From NCBI GenBank assembly GCA_964344305.1, contig CAYFMT010000010.1, forward strand, positions 481 to 64,480: a DNA stretch of 64,000 bases, in the 5' to 3' direction. Below are positions 58,066 through 64,000 of the stretch, piece by piece. Every line of letters starts with the position of its first letter. Positions within the stretch are counted from its first letter, which is position 1. The notes under the pieces were generated by a model. That model was given only the letters and a program-made list of their open reading frames with translations. It was not told the DNA's origin and ran no database searches. This DNA comes from an uncultured bacterium (lineage in GTDB: Bacteria > Fidelibacterota > Marinisomatia > Marinisomatales > JABMOV01). Position numbers and translations under genes: made by a program.

Positions 58066-59245
58066 AATATCGATGCCTTTTTATGGTATCTAGTATGGTC
58101 TGTCCCATTCCCACCTGGTTTCCAATGGCAAAAACAAGTGAATCGTTTTCCAGTGCACTGACATGATTCACAACAGAAGTTGCAGGTTCATCCATGGGAA
58201 CAATCATGACCCGTGTTTCAGGTGAGTAATGGGTCAAGTGACTTACCATTGTCTTCAGGTTATTTCCACGGACTATTAAATGACTCGGTTTTATGTTCTC
58301 CATGACCAGCTGGAGCATTTGTCTTGTACGATGGCGACGATCTTCTCTGGTATTCAGGAAGATACAGATATCGCCTTCACATGGGTAACGGTCGATGATA
58401 AAATTCCATATCTGTAGCGTGGAAACAGGATCATTTGCTGCCATCCCATTTATAAATATCATCTCGTTTTCTTCAAACATTAAGTCCCAAACCGTCAGGG
58501 CACCAAGATCTGGTTGAACGGTGACCATACCATCCAGGGCAGTTTGTCTTTCCACACCCATCCGTTTGCATACATCAAGAGCAAGGGCAACATTCTGTGG
58601 GTGCTCAAGGTAAGCAAACCTCAACAGTTCATCATGTGAAACATCCTCTTCTTCAACATAATCTATGGCTGTATTCCTTGCTTTCGCGATCTCGGTGAAA
58701 ACAGGCATGGCATCCTTGTCTGCTGTAACCAGTGTTCCATTTACCGGGATAGTATTGCCCAGGGATCTTGTGATATCATCCATGGTAGGGCCCATTTCTT
58801 CCAGATGATCCGGACGAACGTTGGTGATGACCCCTATGTGTGCTTTCACCATCTGGTGTTCTGCAATCCATTGATATTGCGGTTGGACGGCCATGCACTC
58901 CATCACAACCACTTCAGGGCTTTCCTTGGAGAAGAAACGCATGAGCCTGACCTGTTCACCAATAGATGGTTTTCTGAGGCGATGGATGATGCGATCATTT
59001 CCATCAGCATCAATCACCCTGGGTGCTGTACCTGTGGTCTTTGCAAATGTTCGGAAACCACCGGCACGCAATCCGGCGGCAATAAGGCGAGTAACACTGG
59101 ATTTCCCCCTGGTACCGTTTACATGAATTCGATGAGGTATTGTTGAGAGTACTGCCTGATGTGCGCTGTACTCAATGAGTCCCGCAATTATCAGGAGTAT
59201 GGAAAGACTCCCTAGGATCCATACAGGGGAAACAACAATATTCAT
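58058..59245 (-). CDS. pgsB: poly-gamma-glutamate synthase PgsB/CapB (Mur-ligase-like amide ligase)
   Basis: N-terminal TM segment, then RIHVNGTRGKSSVTRLIAAGL, KTTGT, IGEQ, MECMAVQPQYQ and GVITNVRPDHLEEMGPT. These are collinear with Bacillus PgsB as I remember it. Confidence 0.9.
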   Translation of the reverse strand: MNIVVSPVWILGSLSILLIIAGLIEYSAHQAVLSTIPHRIHVNGTRGKSSVTRLIAAGLRAGGFRTFAKTTGTAPRVIDADGNDRIIHRLRKPSIGEQVRLMRFFSKESPEVVVMECMAVQPQYQWIAEHQMVKAHIGVITNVRPDHLEEMGPTMDDITRSLGNTIPVNGTLVTADKDAMPVFTEIAKARNTAIDYVEEEDVSHDELLRFAYLEHPQNVALALDVCKRMGVERQTALDGMVTVQPDLGALTVWDLMFEENEMIFINGMAANDPVSTLQIWNFIIDRYPCEGDICIFLNTREDRRHRTRQMLQLVMENIKPSHLIVRGNNLKTMVSHLTHYSPETRVMIVPMDEPATSVVNHVSALENDSLVFAIGNQVGMGQTILDTIKRHRYYG

Positions 59246-59278
59246 GAAGTGAAACGACTACGATAGTCACCTGTGTCT

Positions 59279-62200
59279 TTAGTAGTTCATTACTGTCTGG
59301 ACCATACCAATGACATCAAGGACATTCACATTTCCGTCCCCGTTGATATCCGCCAGGTATGGATTCAATTCTGCCACTTCATCAGCAAGGATAAAATCAA
59401 CCAGCAACAGGATATCATAGATATTAATTAAATTATCCTGTGTGACATCTCCTCTCATCCTAATCGTGCTACCTCGAGTAGTGATGAGAATGGCTGTTTC
59501 GTCTGAGAGAGGCATGGCAGCAGGTGCATATGAATTATTATGGGTGTATTCCAGACCAACTGTCGCTGAACGGTCTTCTATTCCTACTGTACAATAGTTT
59601 CCATGTTGCTGGGCGCTACCAGTCGTATAGGATGTGTTATTGAAATCTTTGTACTGAATTAGTATTTCTCCGTCACCAGTTGGTGTGAAGTAATATTGTG
59701 GATCCCTGAGTATTACCTGGAATGTCTCAGCGGAATTGTTCTGATAGGTTCTTACATTGGACCATTGAACGATAAATGTATGAGAATCCTGATCATCTTT
59801 TGTATAGACACGTCCACCACTGGTAATGGTCAGGTCATCCCAGAATGCAGCAATCATAGGGGATGGTCCGCCAGGACCGGGTAAATGGTAATTCCTGAAT
59901 GAAGCGATCTGGGTGCTTCCCATGGAAATCCAACCATTGGAGCAAATGGATATTTGATCATAATCCGTTCCATACATTCTGAAAGTGAATGGCAGATTCA
60001 CTGTGACAGATTCATCACCATTATTCCCGTAATCCTGAAGAGTGCTAAGATAGCTACCATCTCCACCATTGCGATCATCAATTTCTACCCAGTTATAGTA
60101 TGGTGCCATGCCATAGAGGAGGTCTCCACTATCGTAAATGTAGTATCCGTGGGCATCAGGACCAACAGGGTCGCTAACCTGAGGATCACCAATTTGCAAT
60201 GGTACAATTTGAGAATACTGAACATTCCCTTCTGCTGTCAGTGACAGCGATAGATGTACGATAGTCCCTGGAATAATGGATTCACCGGCGTAAACAGTGA
60301 ACTGATCCGAAGAATTGGAGGATAGTTGTTCCGGATATACATCCCCCCAACTACCATAAGCATCGATTATGTCGATATCAGGGTGTGGACAGGTGATTTC
60401 ACCTACCACATTGTCAGCCATGATGGATCCTTCATTTTTTAGAATGATCTCAATCTCTGATGTTTCTCCAGATTGGAGTATGTGATCGCCATAATCCTGA
60501 ACAAATACTTCTCGAGCGTTAATATTTGTACCATTAATCAATCCGCCAACATATCCATGCCAGACACTGCCGTCGGCGTCAACAATATCCATCCTGATAT
60601 CCAGATTTGTATCATCAACCAGTCCCTGGTGGACTTGGATTGCGAAATGATCTACCGGAAGTACTGATTCTCCTGAGTTAATTACCCCGATATAAACACT
60701 ATCTTGGATTATAGTTACATTTGATGATTCAGAAACCAGTTTTGCATAAATAGCCGTGCTGGTATCAGAACCAAAATTATAAAATGGAACAGAAATTTCT
60801 GCAATCTCTCCCGGGTTCAGAATACCGTCACTGTTTCCAACACTGACACCAGTGCCATCGTCAATAATGTCAATCATATCCTCCATAAGATTTACGCTTA
60901 CAGGAGGCTCGGTGACCATTAGGGATCCCTGGTATGGAATATGATTATCTTTAATTGCCGTGACTTTTATTTCGCCAATCAGTGCTTGATCAATGGGAAG
61001 CGTAACATGTCCATTTGCATCGGTATATAGAGACACAGAATAATTCACATCACCCTTATACAAAGTGACGTATGCATCGGATACTGGTGTACCGTTGGTA
61101 TAATTGACCTGAATATCAATATAATTGGTCCCTTTTGAAACGATTGGCAAGAATCCAACAACAATATATTCAGGGACTTTAGTCCACATTCTAACAGCAG
61201 GATCACCCATGAGACTATTCCAGTGTGTAAAAATACTTACATAGTTACTTGGGTTGGTTGGGTAGGCTTGAAGTAAATGGATTTTACCTCTAGCCAGAGC
61301 ACCGGCAGGTGACATCATGCCCTCTCCAAATACACCATAATAGAATCCAAGATCAACAATGTTATTGAACATGGTATGGGTTCCGGTCGTGGCGGTACCT
61401 ATTGACCCAACAGAACCTTCAGGATTTGATACCGTACCCGCCCTCAACATACACTCAGCGATGGATGTGCCGGATCCAAACGAACCAGTTCCACAGGTTA
61501 TAACAGTGGCGATTGGTAATTTAAATCCATTATTGGCATTACCCACATCACCGCAATCATACCCGCTGACTCCATAGTATCCACGATAGTTGAAAAATGT
61601 TGCTCCGTCAGAAAGATTTGATGTCATTTGTGAGGGGAATGGTGATGAATAAACTTCCCTGATATCATCATATCCGTGGTATTCAAGTAGTTGTGCAATG
61701 CTGCGATTTGTAATCACCGTTGATACTCCGGATGAACCTGGATCGCCGACCAGAACTGCACGTGTAAACCAGTTTTCTCCCATGAATGGGTTGGTTTCGT
61801 ACTGGACTGTTTTGTTGACAATATTGATGAGATCGGTGGAAGAGCTAATAGATATTCGACCAACAAATACCTCTGGAAGTATGTCACCTCCCACCAGTTC
61901 AGCATATGGCTGGTCGCCTTCACCGTTGTACCAACTCCAGCTTTCATAAAATGTTGGGATTGAATAGGACCCTGATGCATCACCCACAAGAGAAACCCAA
62001 ACAGGTGGATTATCCCATGTCGTGTATGCGGTTTCAATATAAGATTTGATTTCAGAACTGCTGGATCCTGTCGTGGATGTACTCACAACCGTCACATCAT
62101 ATCCTGCTCTTTTACGCCATTCGATTAGTGGTTCGAGGTTGGTCGATACACCTGATCCTGAGCTAGGGTAAATATAGAGGATGGCCGGCTTCTGATATTC

Positions 62201-62875
62201 AATCTCTGCTCCCATAACCTGATCGTAATTAGATACGAGACCTCTGTACATCGGTTCAAATTCTTTTGCGACCCTTTGTGGTGTAAATCGCTCAATTGAT
62301 GAGGAACCGGTTTCAATAATATCGATTGTAGCTGATTTGATAATGGATAATTCACCGGTAGAAGGTGTGTACTGAAATGGTGTAATAATAACCTGTTGCA
62401 CATGAATATCCCTCATGGTCAATGGTTCTGACAGTGTCACAGGAGATTGTGGATAAACATCCTGAGAATTATATACATCATCCAAACGAGTCAGTGTCAT
62501 TCCAGGTGTTATCTCAGGATCATCCCATGATTGGGCAGGGACCATGTTGATATCGTACTGTGTTTCCACTTCATGAATGGTTATGTTAACATCATATGTT
62601 TTTGAAGGGTCCATCATCATAAAGGTGGACATTGCAGGAAGATTTGGTTCACCAACCTCTGATATTGTTCCTACTGCCCCAGCCTGTATACGATGAAATT
62701 CTTCATCATTGTGTGTAAAGGCTTCAATTGTATAATTGGAAAACTGAAAATCAAGTGTTTGTGCATTTGTAGCTGTAAATGTATGTTCCACGGTCGTTGC
62801 CTGGTCGTCCGCTGCAAAAAGAAGCACACCAATGCTTAGGGTTCCGATGATTAGTTTTTTCATATGTTTATCCAT
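59279..62875 (-). CDS. gingipain-like (peptidase C25 family) protein with propeptide, NIDO-like module and C-terminal dockerin-like domain (no T9SS CTD)
   Basis: Signal peptide (probable start ATG 62863, MKKLIIGTLSIGVLLFA) and a C25 propeptide-like N-region (EVGEPNLPAMS). Core motifs are WVSLVGD, FVGRIS, FNYRGYYGVSGY, ATVITCGTGSF and LMGDPAVRMWT. The C-terminus is GDVTQDNLINIYDILLLVDFIL...ADINGDGNVNVLDVIGMVQTVMNY. Confidence 0.85.
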   Translation of the reverse strand: MDKHMKKLIIGTLSIGVLLFAADDQATTVEHTFTATNAQTLDFQFSNYTIEAFTHNDEEFHRIQAGAVGTISEVGEPNLPAMSTFMMMDPSKTYDVNITIHEVETQYDINMVPAQSWDDPEITPGMTLTRLDDVYNSQDVYPQSPVTLSEPLTMRDIHVQQVIITPFQYTPSTGELSIIKSATIDIIETGSSSIERFTPQRVAKEFEPMYRGLVSNYDQVMGAEIEYQKPAILYIYPSSGSGVSTNLEPLIEWRKRAGYDVTVVSTSTTGSSSSEIKSYIETAYTTWDNPPVWVSLVGDASGSYSIPTFYESWSWYNGEGDQPYAELVGGDILPEVFVGRISISSSTDLINIVNKTVQYETNPFMGENWFTRAVLVGDPGSSGVSTVITNRSIAQLLEYHGYDDIREVYSSPFPSQMTSNLSDGATFFNYRGYYGVSGYDCGDVGNANNGFKLPIATVITCGTGSFGSGTSIAECMLRAGTVSNPEGSVGSIGTATTGTHTMFNNIVDLGFYYGVFGEGMMSPAGALARGKIHLLQAYPTNPSNYVSIFTHWNSLMGDPAVRMWTKVPEYIVVGFLPIVSKGTNYIDIQVNYTNGTPVSDAYVTLYKGDVNYSVSLYTDANGHVTLPIDQALIGEIKVTAIKDNHIPYQGSLMVTEPPVSVNLMEDMIDIIDDGTGVSVGNSDGILNPGEIAEISVPFYNFGSDTSTAIYAKLVSESSNVTIIQDSVYIGVINSGESVLPVDHFAIQVHQGLVDDTNLDIRMDIVDADGSVWHGYVGGLINGTNINAREVFVQDYGDHILQSGETSEIEIILKNEGSIMADNVVGEITCPHPDIDIIDAYGSWGDVYPEQLSSNSSDQFTVYAGESIIPGTIVHLSLSLTAEGNVQYSQIVPLQIGDPQVSDPVGPDAHGYYIYDSGDLLYGMAPYYNWVEIDDRNGGDGSYLSTLQDYGNNGDESVTVNLPFTFRMYGTDYDQISICSNGWISMGSTQIASFRNYHLPGPGGPSPMIAAFWDDLTITSGGRVYTKDDQDSHTFIVQWSNVRTYQNNSAETFQVILRDPQYYFTPTGDGEILIQYKDFNNTSYTTGSAQQHGNYCTVGIEDRSATVGLEYTHNNSYAPAAMPLSDETAILITTRGSTIRMRGDVTQDNLINIYDILLLVDFILADEVAELNPYLADINGDGNVNVLDVIGMVQTVMNY

Positions 62876-62927
62876 TTTCGTTTCTCACTCATGTCTGTTG
62901 CCTATTGACATAAATACAGTCTTGTAA

Positions 62928-62933
62928 ATTATA
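62928..62933 (-). promoter_or_regulatory. perfect TATAAT -10-like hexamer upstream of the C25-dockerin gene
   Basis: The minus-strand reading is ...GGTTGC-17nt-TATAAT..., about 50 nt upstream of the start codons. The -35 is weak. Confidence 0.25.
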
Positions 62934-63001
62934 CTTTGAATCGCAGGTACGCAACCCAAGTTCTGTGAATCCAGAGAATAGTAAGATTCCAGACAGGGGC
63001 A

Positions 63002-64000
63002 TCAAATTCCGGTCTGAAGCGCTGCACCCAGATAGAACACAGGTAGGTATGTTACCACAACCATTACCCCAATAATAATTCCCACCGAAACAATGAGTAA
63101 TGGCTCGATCAAGGTGGTCATACGCTCAACCAGTGCATCCACCTGCTTGTAATAATAGTCTGCGGAATGATCCAATAATGCATCCAACTCCCCTGTTTCT
63201 TCACCAGTTGATGCAAGCTGAAGCATGATACTTGGAAATACATTTGTTCGACGGAGTGCGGTGCTGATGTTAAACCCATCTCGAATAAAATCAGTGCTCC
63301 TCGAAACCGCCCGTTCGTACACACGGTTTCCAACAACTTTCTTTAACAAATCCATGGATTCGATCACCGGTACACCGGCCCCAAGTAGAATACCAAATGT
63401 CTTGCAGAACTTGTTCAATATGGATTGATTTATTAGATCCCCGAAGACAGGAAAACGCAATTTGATGGAATCAATGACAAACCCACCCCTGACGGTTTTT
63501 GATACCAACCAGAAAACAATGATAAAAACAAATGTCCCAAAAATGATTTTACCAAAGTTGAAAGAAAGCCATTTGGACATGGCGACAAGGGCCGTTGTGG
63601 CCGCAGGCAAATCCGCGCCCAGCTCGATGTAAACATCGGAAAATTTTGGAATAATAAACAAAAACATGCCCAGCATCATCAGGATAAGGAAGAAAATCAT
63701 CAACACAGGATAGGTCAGAGCAGACTTCACTTTTCTCCGTGTGTCATCCAGGTTTTCGAGGTAGGTTGCCAATTGATCAAGAATCTTGTCCAGGTTTCCA
63801 CTGACTTCTCCGGCACGCGTCAGGGCAATAAACAAACTGGAAAACACCCCTGGGTGCCGTTGAAACGCCTCTGATAATCCCATTCCCTTGCGGATATTGG
63901 TACTGACCTGATTGAGGACTTTCTTCAGCTTTGGATGCCTTTCCTCATTGGCAAGCCCCTGAATAGCGCGTTCCAGTGTCAGTCCGGCAGTATACATGGT
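63002..64000 (-). CDS. type II secretion / type IV pilus platform protein (GspF/PilC family), C-terminal part; N-terminus beyond the right edge
   Basis: Two GspF-type repeats (LTYPVLMIFF...IIPKFSDVY; ...GELDALL..YY...V....TLIEPLLIVSVGIIIG) are present. The frame stays open to the window edge, so the Met at 63997 is unlikely to be the start. Confidence 0.85.
   Translation of the reverse strand, partial: TMYTAGLTLERAIQGLANEERHPKLKKVLNQVSTNIRKGMGLSEAFQRHPGVFSSLFIALTRAGEVSGNLDKILDQLATYLENLDDTRRKVKSALTYPVLMIFFLILMMLGMFLFIIPKFSDVYIELGADLPAATTALVAMSKWLSFNFGKIIFGTFVFIIVFWLVSKTVRGGFVIDSIKLRFPVFGDLINQSILNKFCKTFGILLGAGVPVIESMDLLKKVVGNRVYERAVSRSTDFIRDGFNISTALRRTNVFPSIMLQLASTGEETGELDALLDHSADYYYKQVDALVERMTTLIEPLLIVSVGIIIGVMVVVTYLPVFYLGAALQTGI

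Overview
64-kb chromosomal window, moderately AT-rich by eye. I call 57 tightly packed protein genes. By eye I found no rRNA, tRNA, CRISPR array, transposase, integrase or prophage. Lineage signals: at least four large proteins end in T9SS-type C-terminal sorting domains, LPS-core genes are present (waaA, GT9), there is a DUF5683-like protein, and start codons almost never have a Shine-Dalgarno motif. Together these suggest a diderm of the FCB superphylum (Marinimicrobia, Ignavibacteria or Calditrichota-like). That placement is inference and needs a database search. Layout: (1) 1..34097 is a housekeeping block, almost entirely on the minus strand: comM, ispG, rimO, ftsY, waaA, tatC, meaB, guaB, hutH, dinG, alaS and others. 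It also holds a geranylgeranyl-reductase gene preceded by a 58-aa 2x[4Fe-4S] ferredoxin ORF that the ORF track does not list. (2) 34098..34657 is a 560-nt divergent spacer carrying a helix-dense candidate RNA with its own promoter-like and terminator-like signals. (3) 34658..41264 is a plus-strand sulfur module: Rrf2 regulator, MerR regulator with a Cys-rich 2x(P-C-W) tail, Psr/Phs-type molybdoenzyme ABC, two half-size YeeE/YedE sulfur-transport proteins, and a membrane-anchored rhodanese-like protein whose only cysteine is its C-terminal residue. A strong terminator follows. (4) 43978..62875 is a roughly 19-kb minus-strand run of 14 genes with near-zero spacing. It joins a PgsA-less poly-gamma-glutamate synthase module (pgsB, pgsC, a third membrane protein) to uncharacterised envelope proteins, including an outer-membrane barrel and an LVIVD lipoprotein. 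The same run carries a WxDxR-repeat giant protein, an M14 carboxypeptidase and two gingipain-like (C25) proteins that keep the catalytic Cys but lack the His. I consider block (4) the best candidate for an undescribed system (PGA export and remodelling in a diderm envelope), followed by the sulfur module. All family assignments come from motif recognition and remembered reference sequences. No search or computation was run.
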